Shown here in pieces: positions 1 through 11,581 of a DNA stretch of 64,000 nucleotides (position 1 is the stretch's first letter; every line of letters begins with the position of its first letter). The notes below the pieces were generated by a model. The model was not told the DNA's origin. It saw nothing but the letters and a program-made list of their open reading frames with translations, and did no database searches. The translations under genes and the position numbers were made by a program. Origin of the DNA: Rhodosorus marinus CCMP1338 (lineage: Eukaryota > Plantae > Rhodophyta); NCBI GenBank assembly GCA_029953675.1, contig JAMWBK010000001.1:1922001-1986000 (forward strand), written 5' to 3'.

Positions 1-250
1 TTCTAAGCATATATGGGCTGAACACGATAGAGGTCGAGAATTAGTGGCAACCGCTTACTCGCAGCTTGTCCGTGGCCTTCAAATTTGACGCTAGCAATTC
101 TTCGCCTCCAATTTTGAGCAATAGACCATGCTTCTTGATCGCCTCAAGGTGCTTCCCCCTCGCGGTCACAGTGACGTCATTTCCAGACTGCGCAAGCTTT
201 ACTGCAAGGAAGCCTCCAATCGATCCTGCGCCAACAACACACACCCGCAT
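1..250 (-). CDS. panE: 2-dehydropantoate 2-reductase (ketopantoate reductase, PanE/ApbA family), 5' part; runs off the window
   Basis: N-terminal Rossmann motif MRVCVVGAGSIGGFLAVKLAQSGNDVTVTARGKHLEAIKKHGL. Probable GT-AG intron at 58..18. Confidence 0.8.
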
Positions 251-1021
251 CTTCGCTCCTCGTACTTTGGGACAACTCCAACACTCAAAACCGAGGGTTT
301 CACCTAACCGAGCTTACACAAAACAAGAAAATCCAACGCCCCGACGTCCGCCCTTACATCAAAGGCAACGCATTCCTCCCACTGCCCTCACATAAATAGC
401 TGTTCCGTGCCCTGCCTCCATGACCAAGCGAAGTCGTAATCACAGCTCGAGCGCCTTACGATCTACCGGAATCATCACCAGTCCCAAACATCCGGAAGAA
501 AAAAAGTCAACGAGCTCGAATGGCGAGTAGTGTCTGACTAAGCCGAGTACGTCAAATGCGTCTATCTTGTGAGGTTTCATCGACGGTTTCAACAGTTTTG
601 ATTTTATGTTTGATTTTTTCGATTATTGGGACCACGCGGATAAGAGTCCCCTGCTCTCATTTGTCTTCACAGACAGTTCACTACGAATGTACAATAATAC
701 CAGACACCATCCTTATACTTAAAAACCAGTTAGTAGGAGCCTATGAACCGGCGGAGAGAGGGTTCGGCTTCATAAAGCTGCGCGGTCTCTACTCCTTGTT
801 TCTAGCTTTTCCATAGTAAGCACAGCAGACCCCGAGACGTCCCAACGTCGAGACGTATCAAGAAGGCTCGTCGATGTAGTTAGTTTCCGGAATTCGATGA
901 TAGGCTTCAGATAATAGCAACGCGGAGCTTCCAAGAGTTCGATTTGTTACAATAATAAACTATGCTCATCCAAGCTTCGCCCCTTGTCACAACTGTTGTA
1001 CAAAATATGAACAAGCGTCTG

Positions 1022-1800
1022 CTACAAGGCCTGTTTCATCCTCCCGTACTTCTCGATACACCTCTGCTCAAATGCCTGAACCATCTTGCTTGCGACCTAG
1101 GGAGAGATACAAACCAACACTTGACCTAAGATTCCTGTAGTGGAACGGATTCTAAACACTGGCCGGAGAGATGAGGAAGACGGGTGGCAAAAGGTATTAC
1201 CTGGTCGAAGAAAATTGACGACAGACCTTGATACATTTGATTCTTAAACTGGAAGGCGATTAAGAATTCCAGCCACGTTGTACTTTCGCGAGGTCCTTGC
1301 TTGAACAACCACTCATTTACCAGGAACTGGAAAAGCGGATTGTTCTGCACTTCTGCTCTCACAGACTTTTGGGGTTCCACTGTGACAAGGCTCGTATACT
1401 GCTCTGAAAGCAAATTGAAACCAACTCCAAGTTTTGCTTGAAAGCAGCTGCCGTTGGAGCTAATTATCCGGCTATCTGTACACCAGGGCACAAATTCCTT
1501 GTATTCGTCGACATTCTTCACCACCTCGTAAACCTGTTCAGGGGAAAAGTTTACTAGTCTCCGCTCCAAATGCTTTTTCGGCACCATTTCCTCCACCTCC
1601 TCACTCGCAAAAGGATTCAGAGACGTAAACAGAGCTCGCTTCGGAGGCGAAACGAACCCCCTACGATCAAAACTATCCCCAGATGCAAACCGCGCAAAGA
1701 TCCTCTTCGACCCCATCGCACCGGCACCCATCCCCATCCTCAACATCCCCACATCTGACCGCATCGCCCTCATCCCAGCCATCAACGACACACTCCCCAT
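1022..1800 (-). CDS. COQ10: Coenzyme Q-binding START-domain protein COQ10, mitochondrial
   Basis: RRLVNFSPEQVYEVVKNVDEYKEFVPWC...LGVGF...Y TSLV motif and an Arg-rich presequence. Intron 1200..1097 joins FFDQ to VASKMVQAFEQRC...AL*, stop at 1022-1024. Confidence 0.9.
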
Positions 1801-4391
1801 CCTTCACGCTCCCAAACCAACCAGAACCTCTACCTACCGCAACCCAAACACCCCAAGCTCAAGACAAACAAGAACCAACTAAACGCCACCCACGAACACC
1901 CGTTCCATCAAAACTATACCCATCCTATACCACTCATCCGCCTTGATTTCTTAAATCTTGCAATTCCAATATTCATACTCCATCTCCACTTCACCCCGCA
2001 TCCCCTTACCGGCCCAAAAGCAAATGTACCCAACTCCCACATCCCCTTCCCTCCATATACCGTCTTCCAGTTCCATGCTCTCACTACAGACTCATCACAA
2101 ACTGCTGACGTTTGAAACGTTGTCAGCTCCCACAAAATCAAAAACGAAAACCCATTTCCAGACTATTTATTCAGGAAAAAGAGCAACCCTACAATCAACA
2201 CATATATTGATCTAAAATCCAAAATTTAAGAACTTCATAACTCTGATTTACGTGCAAAGATTCTCCTCTTCCCCCCTTGTTGGAACAAGCATTCCAATTT
2301 GTTTTATAATTATTTGACTTATTGTAGATTTATATTCCCCCCTTCTCTGGTTCGTCTTGTTTAGCCCTATGTTCTTGAATGCACAACATTATCTCCTTCT
2401 TTTTTAGAAGAAAAATTGCTCGTCCCAGCGGCTACTGTGCGCTTGGGAGGGTATATCTTGATTATCCAGTATATTATATACACGTGTCTGTTTTAATTTT
2501 ATTAACCAATTGTAGGTGAATAATGATGCAATGGAGACGATATTTTGATTGGAACAGATCAGATACGTGTTCTCCACAGTCCATTGGTGAGATATTGTTC
2601 TTTTGGCGTTCATTGGAGAATTGCGGTTCGCGGTTTTCGATGCCGTTGGAGCGGGTTTTTGACGGGTGGTCCAAGAGCAAAAGAAAAAAGCGCCTTTTCG
2701 ATCCTTTTTGTGCTTGATTTTTTGGTCCCTTTTTCTATAGTTTCCCGCGATGTTTGTGCGTTGGGGACGATGCGGGCAGGACGAAAACTAGGGTTTTGAT
2801 GTCTATCTGGCACCGGATGTTGTGGAGGGAGGACGAGCCTTCAGGGGGTTGAGGACAGCGGAGGTTTGCAAGTGCCTTTACGCGACAAGGTCCTAGGCTG
2901 TTGGTTCCGGCTGCGGAGGCAGCAGATTAGCGACTGAGTTGGATAATGGTCGTGCGCGGTAGCCACGGATGGTAGCATCCTCCGGGCTTGCCAATGCATT
3001 TTGGCAGCCCCGCCCTTCCTACAACAATTCTGTGCTTTCATTCCACGGCTGAGGTGAGGTAAGTGACGGAGAGGAAGCCATTCATGTGTTCCAACGGATC
3101 AACTTCAGAAGAGGTTTCGGTTTCCCCTGATTGGTCTCACCAGAACGGAGCTGGCCCCCCAAAAAGCAGAGCTCGGGGACAGTCAGATATTGCCTGCTGC
3201 TTGACATCCTTGTACGCTCGTTAAGCGAGAGTCTTGTATTTACCCTGCAGGATGGGATTTCGTTTTTATACTCGTAGGCAAGACAACCATTGCTTTCCCC
3301 AACCACTCGTTTCACGACCACAAGAGAGCCTCCCCAGCCTTCCCATATGCCATGCAAAAAGAAAATTTTCGCGGGAAAATGGAGCGAAAAATGACGTAAT
3401 TCACCAACTTCAATTAACTAAATGCTAATCAACCAATACAAACTCTTAAGACAAAGTTAGGCATTACACAACGGATCAAAAGATCAAAAATCGTCGCTAT
3501 TCAGTACACTAAACTGAAAACGATGCAAAAAGGAAAAATAGAAATCTCATCCTGTCAAGACTCGCATACGGCCACTGGCGGTACATCGCCCCAAGCAAAA
3601 CTTCATATCACATTATCCGTACCAGCACATAATCCATACCCCTCCTTAAACCATTCTTCACATTGTAAAATATATGAAAACAAATATATAAATCACAGCC
3701 TTTTCCGTACTACGCAACCCCTCTCCTCGCCAGAGAACTTTCCAGCCGTATACGTTAGGAAAATCTATCCAACCTACTTGCCACCCCTCATAGTCATCTA
3801 CAAACCCGACCAACCCTAAACCATCTTAAGGGGTTACGAAATACAATAAATAAACTTAATGATAAATTTAAGGGCTTTTTTCTGAAACTACGAAAATGAA
3901 TAGTAGGGGTAGTACGAATATATCCATTATTAATCAGCCGATCATTTTTTGGAGAGATATGCTGACCGTATTTATGGATAAATTCCGTTTTTTTAATTGA
4001 CAAAGGGGAAGAGGGTGAAATTGGTTGTCTGTGGGTGGGGTTGAAAGCAGTTGAGGTACTTTTCTGAGGAAGGAGGGGATATATGGGGGATTGGGAGGAG
4101 AAGAAGACAGTATGAGAGTGAAGGATTGTGGGGTTTTGTGAGTACATAAGGTATATTGTGTGTTTGCCTGGAGAGTATAGATGTAGATATGGGAACGAAC
4201 CTTGATGGAGAGAATAGTAGAAGAGTTATTTGACAGAGGGTTAGAACGGGGATGACGATGGTCTAGTTAAGAGGTTTTGGGGTGGGTGGGGGGGGTGGGG
4301 TGGGGATTGTTTTTTGTTTTTTTTGGTTTGACGCTGGATTGGGTAGCTGGTTGAACGTGGTCTTTTGGTTTTCGATGCCTGGATTCGTAGA

Positions 4392-6187
4392 ATGGAGAGT
4401 AAAGGATCAGTAGATGTTGAGGGGAAAGTCGGTGGATCGACGGAGGTTGTGATTGTAAATGGGAGTGTCTTGGAGTTGGCGAAGCAGGTGAGAGGGAAGG
4501 ATGGAGAATACGAAAAAAAAAGGCAAAAGGAGGTGAGTGCTTTTGGGTTCTTCTATTTGGTTGCTTAACTGAAGGGTTTTAGTTTCCCTTCAAATGCCAG
4601 GGAGGTGGAATTCTGGTGTGCATATTCTGAGATCAATCCTGATTTTTTGACTACGTAGGAACATGCGATAGCTGGAGAACAGACGGAGGGCGGGAGCGTG
4701 GTAGACGCATCCGGTTCGCCGTCGGATCTTGTTGAGGAGAAATCTTCCAAGCGGAAGAGGGCAAATGAGTCTGCTGGGAATACGAATATGGTCTCGGTGG
4801 GGTCCAAGAAGACCCGAGTAGACACCGTGGAAACGGCTCCAGACCAAACTAACCAGAAGTCCACTAGTCGCAGAAGCGTACGTAGTGTGGCACAGCAGGA
4901 AAAGAAAGCGAGGTACGTTTCCAGTGTCGCCTTTTGCCAGCTTTGGAGGATTCCACGTATCCCGGAGCATCAGCAGCGTTGTCGGATATCACCAGTTTGG
5001 GAGCCAGATGCTTTTCTTCTTACTTTTGATGTTCCCTTCGTATCGTTCCACTCCTCCAGTCCACAAAATTCGGCTCCCAAGACCGGGAAAACTAGATCAC
5101 CGAGCAATAGCAACGCCAAGCGATCTGCTGGGCCTCGAGAGCTTGAGGACATGGAGGTGGGCACGATCGAGGAATACAGGGCACTTCGAATTAAACTAGA
5201 AAAGATCAGACACCGAAGAATATATGACGGTGAAAAGCGACTGCTTTACGCGCATAAGTTGGTCAAGCTGAACTATGACCATGAAGTGCGGCTGGCGGAC
5301 ATCGAATTTGAAAGTGCCCGACGGCTTCTCATGCAGAGACTAATGCAGGTACGGAAGCAGAATCTGCTGAGCCGAGTGGAAATATCAGATGCGCTGACGA
5401 GTAGTTTGCACTCTTTCTTTCAGGAGAACATGGAACATCAACGCCGTGTGGAGGAGCTTCGGTACAAGATCATCAGGGACGACCCTCACGGAGTCTACCC
5501 ACGAAAGCATGAAATGAGCCTTCGAGGTCGTGGAGCGAAAGACGCGGGTGCCCATGGCGCTCATGATAATTCAATTATAGCGGGCAGCCACTCAACCACT
5601 ATTGAAAACGATAGCGGTTATACTGACCAGACTCACCAGGATAGAGGTAGGCTGAGCAAGCCCTGAATACTTCTACCTTACCTTTGGCAAGATATGCATC
5701 AGTTCATTGATCAAACTGGCTGCGGAATTGCCTCTTGAACGACAAGGATCGAGGAATAGAAGACGAGTATCAATTGATCGAGCACGTGTCAGAGTTGAGC
5801 TTGAAACCGTAGAGGTTATGGACGATTTGGCGGAAGTGTTTGGGGACCGTCGACCTGGAGGAGAGGGAGCTGGGAAAGAGGACATGTCAAGGTACGCTTG
5901 GAGTACGCACGAATTGGCTTTTTGAAGGGCACAAGAGACTCATTGCGAGAGGAATTTTCACGCAAGCAGGTCAACCGAGGGCAGAACCCCCAGAGCAGCG
6001 CATGCAAGAACCACAACAAGAAGCCGTCGCGGAGAGGATAATTCCTCCTCAAAGTAGAGGACTTCGCCGAGGACGTCCTGAAACACTCTGTTGGATCGAC
6101 TCCTCGGATAGCTTTGCAAAGACCCGACGACGACGGGAAAAAACCGAGCTAACCCAAAAACTCCAGTTCCGAAGGAACCCGCGCTGA
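4392..6187 (+). CDS. Sds3/BRMS1-like coiled-coil protein (putative Sin3-HDAC subunit), multi-exon
   Basis: Phase-consistent introns 4533-4658, 4913-5059 and 5349-5423. Coiled coil (EEYRALRIKLEKIRHRR...EFESARRLLMQRLMQENMEHQRRVEELRY) and a late RVRVELETVEVMDDLAEV segment resembling Sds3-family C-termini. The junction near 5647-5702 is unresolved. Confidence 0.55.
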
Positions 6188-6422
6188 ATCGATCCGGAAG
6201 AAGGACCAATTCAACATTTAACTCAGGAAACTGGATGGATGGAGGGTTGAGGTTCCCGTGGTTTGAGACCGCTTCCTCTAGAGCCTAGGCAGCCAGAATC
6301 GATTCCGATATCCTCGCTGGTTTCTTCAGCCCCGCATGGGCCAGTCGATCATAATTTTTTGTAATTATAATAACTATTCTTTTCAATCATTCTTTAACAC
6401 GTGTCACCGAATCTCGGTATAT

Positions 6423-6726
6423 TGTGACGTCTCCACCTTCCAGCAATGTCCGGCTATGCAAAATTATGCTCGGGCTGTGCCAAAATCTCTGGAGGTGCAA
6501 CACCCTTTTGAGCTTAATAGTTATTGCACATCCCGATGGAGCAAGAGTATAAGTACGATGGGCAAACTCGATATTTCCCAGGTTATCTGGAGAGAAGAGA
6601 GACAAGATAGAGAAGAACAAGATAGAATTGGGATATATTACCTAATTTGGGAGTAATTAGGGGGGAATAAAACTCGAAATATGGAATAATTTGAGTAATA
6701 CCCAGCTGGCAGTTTGAGACGTAAAA
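6423..6726 (+). repeat. 5' LTR (304 bp)
   Basis: Starts TGTGACGTCTC, ends GAGACGTAAAA. Two substitutions versus the 3' LTR (ttccAgc/ttccCgc and gggcTgtg/gggcCgtg). Confidence 0.97.
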
Positions 6727-6877
6727 TCTGGTCTCATCGCATGATTGCGATTGAGGAACCGACCCGGAGCCAGAGAACCTGAAGGACAATGAAAATGAGC
6801 CTACAACCAAAAAACCTGAGCACCTGAACCTGAGAACCTGAGAATCTGAGAACCTGAACCTGAGCACCTGAACCCGA

Positions 6878-7672
6878 ATGTCGTCACTCATTAAGATCCA
6901 GGCCCCACAACCTAAAGCCTACGACGGGCGACGCGACGCTTTGCTCATTGCTACATTCCTGAACAGCTTGAGAACGTATTTTAAGTTGGCTCGTCTGCCT
7001 GACGACGACGACGACTACAAGATTACCCTCGCAGAGAGATATCTCACTGGCGACGCTTCGTATTGGTGGTCCCTGATACCTGAATCGCAAAAACCCACGC
7101 GCTACGCTGGATTTGAGGATGCTTTAAAGTCGCAATTCTACCCAGCGGACGCCAAGACCCGTGCGAAACAACAACTCGCAAGGGCAGAGCAGAAAACGAG
7201 TGTAGCAGCATATTCCGCATATTTCAACAAATGCCTGATCCAGGTTGGAGAAATCTCTGATTCCGAGAAATTTGACCGATTTGTGGAGGGTCTTAAACCA
7301 GATATCAAACGGTATGTATACATCCAAGATGTGACTATGTTTGAGGATGCCCAGTCACTGGCCCTAAAAATCGAAGGAGCTGACCACGCGAGCCAAGGGC
7401 TTAGACGGGATACCCCAGATCCGCGACAACGGAAGCCGGAAAGTAGAATAACTTCGGTACCAAGAGGTACTCGATCTGGCCGGCGCTACCAACCTGGAGT
7501 ACAACCCGGCATGCAAGCGTTGCAGCGACGTGATTACACGCATATCGTTTGTAATTACTGCGGCAAGAAGGGACACACTCAGCGTGTCTGTTGGGAGAAT
7601 CCTAATAGAGACCCGACAGTCTCGAAGTCTACACCTCCACCAACCCAACAGTTAAACGAGGGGCGGCAGTGA
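6878..7672 (+). CDS. gag: Retrotransposon Gag (264 aa)
   Basis: Retrotrans_gag-like core (YLTGDASYWW...LKSQFYP...AYSAYF...RFVEGLKP) and zinc knuckle CNYCGKKGHTQRVC. Confidence 0.93.
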   Translation: MSSLIKIQAPQPKAYDGRRDALLIATFLNSLRTYFKLARLPDDDDDYKITLAERYLTGDASYWWSLIPESQKPTRYAGFEDALKSQFYPADAKTRAKQQLARAEQKTSVAAYSAYFNKCLIQVGEISDSEKFDRFVEGLKPDIKRYVYIQDVTMFEDAQSLALKIEGADHASQGLRRDTPDPRQRKPESRITSVPRGTRSGRRYQPGVQPGMQALQRRDYTHIVCNYCGKKGHTQRVCWENPNRDPTVSKSTPPPTQQLNEGRQ

Positions 7673-10600
7673 CACACGCCGACACCGCACGACCCAGGCG
7701 TCTCAATCCCACTGATATGACCCTAGTTGGACGGATCAACGGTCGGGAGATTCCTCTCTTAGTGATACCGGCAGCAGTCACTCTGTTTTGAGGGGTACTC
7801 CAGATGCTACTCCAATTATCCCAACCCAGCACGGGAAACTGGACACGGCCTTGCCGGGTACATCCATAAAAATCTTGGGCGAAGCCAACGTAACCTTACA
7901 ACTGGGTGGTCACAATTTCGATTGGCAACCCTATATTGTGGAAGAAGCAGCTAGCCCGGGGTACCTAGGGAGAGATTTCTTGCAAAAATACAATGCGCAG
8001 CTGAATCTACACAGCCAGACCCTGACGTTAAACCCAGAAGTACCAACATACGAACCGGAAAAACCAGAAAACCATCCTGACACACAACCTGAATACCCAG
8101 AAGATCAACTTGTCTATCCAAAAGAACAACCTAAAAACCCTGCAGAACCGGTAGATCCTGAAGAAAACAAACCAGAAGAAAAACCAGAAAAAGAACCTGA
8201 ATACCCCGAAGAAACTGAAACAGACCCAGACATTAAACCAGAAGCCAAGCTGAGCAATCAACCAGAAGAAGCTGAAGAACTCGTCACTCAGCCTGAACAG
8301 AAACCTGAAAACCGGGAAAATTACTGTGAACAAAACCCTGAAGAGTATGACGAAACATTGGAGGAACCTGAAATCAAGAATATGACGAAATTTACACAAA
8401 AACGACGGGATGAAACGAAAGATTTGGAGAAATTTATTATGTCGAAATATGGGGACGTCTTTGCGGAGGACATAAAGGACCTGCCACCTTGGCGCAATGT
8501 CAATTTTAGTATTGATTTGAAACCGGGAGCCGAGCCAATTGCCCAAAGACCGTACCGTATGAGTCTTACGGATCAACGAGAACTGAAAGCTCAACTGAAC
8601 TACCTTTTAAGCAAGAATTTGGTGCAACCGAGCTCGTCGCCTTTCGCCTCGCCATGCCTTTTCGTCGACAAAAAAGATGGTGGTCGGCGATTGTGCATTG
8701 ATTATCGGAAGCTGAACCAGGCTACAATCCTCAACAAAACAGCCCCACCGAGAATTGACGATTGTTTGGATACACTCGGTAATGCCACCTATCTCAGTGT
8801 CATCGACTTAAGAAGTGGATATTGGCAGCTGAGGGTAACAGAGACAGATATACCTAAAACTGCTTTTACAACGCCGTTTGGGCTGTACGAGTGGCTGGCA
8901 ATGCATTTTGGTCTCACAAATGCTCCTGCGGTGTTTACTCGATTGCTCAACAACATCTTCTTCGATGAGTTGAATGATTTCGTCACTATCTTCTTTGACG
9001 ATATCATTATATACTCTTCGAATATGGCTGACCACAAGCAGCACCTAGCCAAAGTTTTTACGAAGTTACGAGCTAACAAGCTGTATACAAAGCGATCGAA
9101 GTGCGTATTCGGAGTGCCGGAGACTAAGTATCTGGGACATATAGTAGGCAGTGGACAACGCCAACCCGATCCCGGCAAGGTTGCCGCCTTAACGAATTGG
9201 GGGATTCCGCGGAATGTACATGACGTAAGGTCTTTTCTGGGCTTCACCGGATATCTACGAAACTACGTGCCCAAGTTTAGCCTGGTAGCAGCACCCCTCA
9301 CCAACCTCACGAGGAAAGACGTGGATTTTCAGTGGGGACCGCAGCAGAAAGCATTTGACACCCTGCGGGAGAAATTGATGCAGCAGCCAGTACTACGAAA
9401 TCCGGATTTTACAAAAACCTTCACAATTTGTACTGATGCCAGCAACAAGGGAGTAGGGGCTGTGTTGTTGCAAACCTTTGAAGATGGAGAACATCCAATT
9501 GCGTACTTCTCACAGCGGTTCACCACTACGGAGGAGAAGTATTCCACTTATGAACGGGAACTCTACGCGTTGACCCTAGCGGTATTACATTGGCGGACGT
9601 ACGTCGAGGGCCAACGATTTGGGCTTCGGACGGATCATAACCCATTACGATTTCTACGTTCCCAGCGGGAATTAACAAAACGACAGGCAAGATATGTCAA
9701 TAGACTCCTGCCGTTTACTTTTGATATCGAATAGAAGAAGGGAGCAGAAAATATCGCAGACCCTCTCAGCCGAGGAGCGATCAACCAGCTGGCGGTCTCC
9801 GGTATATTACCCCAAGAAGATTGGACCGGAGCATATCTGCAAGATCCTGATTTCGCTGCAGTCTACCCAGAAGCAGTAAAATACGCGGAGCAGGGATTTC
9901 GTAGAAAGCAGGACATTTTATACAAACATCATCGTGTTTGTGTGCCGCGGAAATTCGTACCGCACTTACTGCGAAAACACCATGATGAACCAACCGGAGG
10001 ACATTTTGGGCTTCATAAAAGGGTGAACCTGTTGAAGCGGCGATATTATTGGCGGACCTTACGAGATGACGTCCAGTCCCTGATACAGAAATGTGAGACA
10101 TGTTAGCGTCAGAAACCATTAAGGGCGGCTCAGGGGCTTTTGCAACCTCTGCCAGTACCAGAATCAAAGCTACAGGATATCTCGATGGACTTTATTGTCA
10201 GTCTCCCGATGACGGAATCCGGACATGACGCAATCTTGGTAATCGTGGACCGATTCTCGAAGTACGCGAAGTTTATCGCGACCAGAACGGATGCAGACGC
10301 CCGTATGACGGCAGAACTGTTTTTCGAACACTGGGTGCGTTTTGCAGGCTTACCGCGAACAATTGTCTCCGATCGCGATACGAAGTTTACCAGCCTATTC
10401 TGGAAACAATTAATGGGTAAGCTTAAGGTCAAGACTCACGTAAGTACGACCTATCACCCGCAGACGGACGGACAAACAGAGCGGGTTAACCAAACCTTGG
10501 AGACTTACCTCCGGTGTAACAGTAGCCAAGCGTCATGGGACTCTGATCTTCCCATGGCGGAGTTGGTCTACAACACGCAGATTTCGGAGTCTACTAAGTA

Positions 10601-11282
10601 TTCGCCCTTCGAACTTCTGTACGGACGAAACCCTGAGCTACCGGGATCCTTAATAGTACCACGTGCAGAAGAAGCTACCACTACGCCTTTACCTGATGCA
10701 GCGGAAGTTCTTCTACAACATCAACACGACCAATACCTGGAGGCGCGGAACAACATGCTTTACGCTAAGCAAATCCAGAAGATGCGGTATGATGCGAGGC
10801 GGCGAAACCCTGACTTTACCCCCGACGAGCTGGTATTATTATCGACCAGAAACCTGCCGTTGCAAGACTCTAAACCGTTTCGACCGCGGTACATCGGCCC
10901 TTTTCGCATCAAACGGAAGATAAATGATGCCGCCTATACGTTAACGTTGCCAGCAGGGATGAAGATACATCCAACGCTCCACGTTTCCCTGCTGAAGAAA
11001 TTTAGGGGAAACCCCAACGACGTTCATCTCAACATACCCGATTTTGCAGCTGAAGTAACGGGAGGCGAAATCAAATCCGTACTTGGTCATCGGATGAAAC
11101 CAGAGGGAACCAGAGAATATATGGTATACTTCGAGGGGGAAACAGTAGCTGATGCTCGATGGATTGCAGCTCACCAGTTGCCACAAACCTCTGCTACAAA
11201 AAGGCAAATTCGCTACTACATGAACTTTCATCGTGCTGCTGAATCTGCCCGACCCCGCGCTTCTTCGGTGGGAGGGATGTGA
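7652..11282 (+). pseudogene. pol: Retrotransposon pol (protease-RT-RNase H-integrase-chromodomain), disrupted
   Basis: Protease DTGSSHS at 7764 with a 1-nt frameshift just before it. RT motifs IDLRSGYWQ, FGLTNAP and FFDDIIIYS. RNase H TDAS. Premature TAG at 9732-9734 (FDIE*KKG) and 10104-10106 (CETC*RQK, integrase HHCC finger). Integrase SMDF...SDRD...QTERVN and a chromodomain. Confidence 0.95.
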
Positions 11283-11581
11283 CGTCTCCACCTTCCCGCA
11301 ATGTCCGGCTATGCAAAATTATGCTCGGGCCGTGCCAAAATCTCTGGAGGTGCAACACCCTTTTGAGCTTAATAGTTATTGCACATCCCGATGGAGCAAG
11401 AGTATAAGTACGATGGGCAAACTCGATATTTCCCAGGTTATCTGGAGAGAAGAGAGACAAGATAGAGAAGAACAAGATAGAATTGGGATATATTACCTAA
11501 TTTGGGAGTAATTAGGGGGGAATAAAACTCGAAATATGGAATAATTTGAGTAATACCCAGCTGGCAGTTTGAGACGTAAAA
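11278..11581 (+). repeat. 3' LTR (304 bp)
   Basis: Matches the 5' LTR at 302/304 positions; preceded by the PPT and followed by the TATAT duplication. Confidence 0.97.

Larger units (their letters stand above)
6423..11581 (+). mobile_element. Full-length Ty3/gypsy LTR retrotransposon, chromovirus type, disabled
   Basis: Two 304-bp LTRs, TATAT target-site duplication (6418-6422 and 11582-11586), gag with CCHC knuckle, PR-RT-RH-IN order, GPY/F motif (RYIGPF), C-terminal chromodomain, PPT ggtgggaggga at 11267-11277. Confidence 0.97.

Noticed and set aside
3050-3066. U1 snRNA-like ACTTACCT on the minus strand
   Set aside because: It is simply the complement of a plus-strand splice-donor consensus; no U1 stem-loops or Sm site follow.
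6336-6656. ORFs overlapping both LTRs (also 11233-11511 and their antisense versions)
   Set aside because: They recur only because the LTR is duplicated, and they have no recognisable domain or good start context.
8028-8594. Phe-rich 188-aa minus-strand ORF resembling a membrane protein
   Set aside because: Antisense of the Glu/Pro/Lys-rich pol linker.
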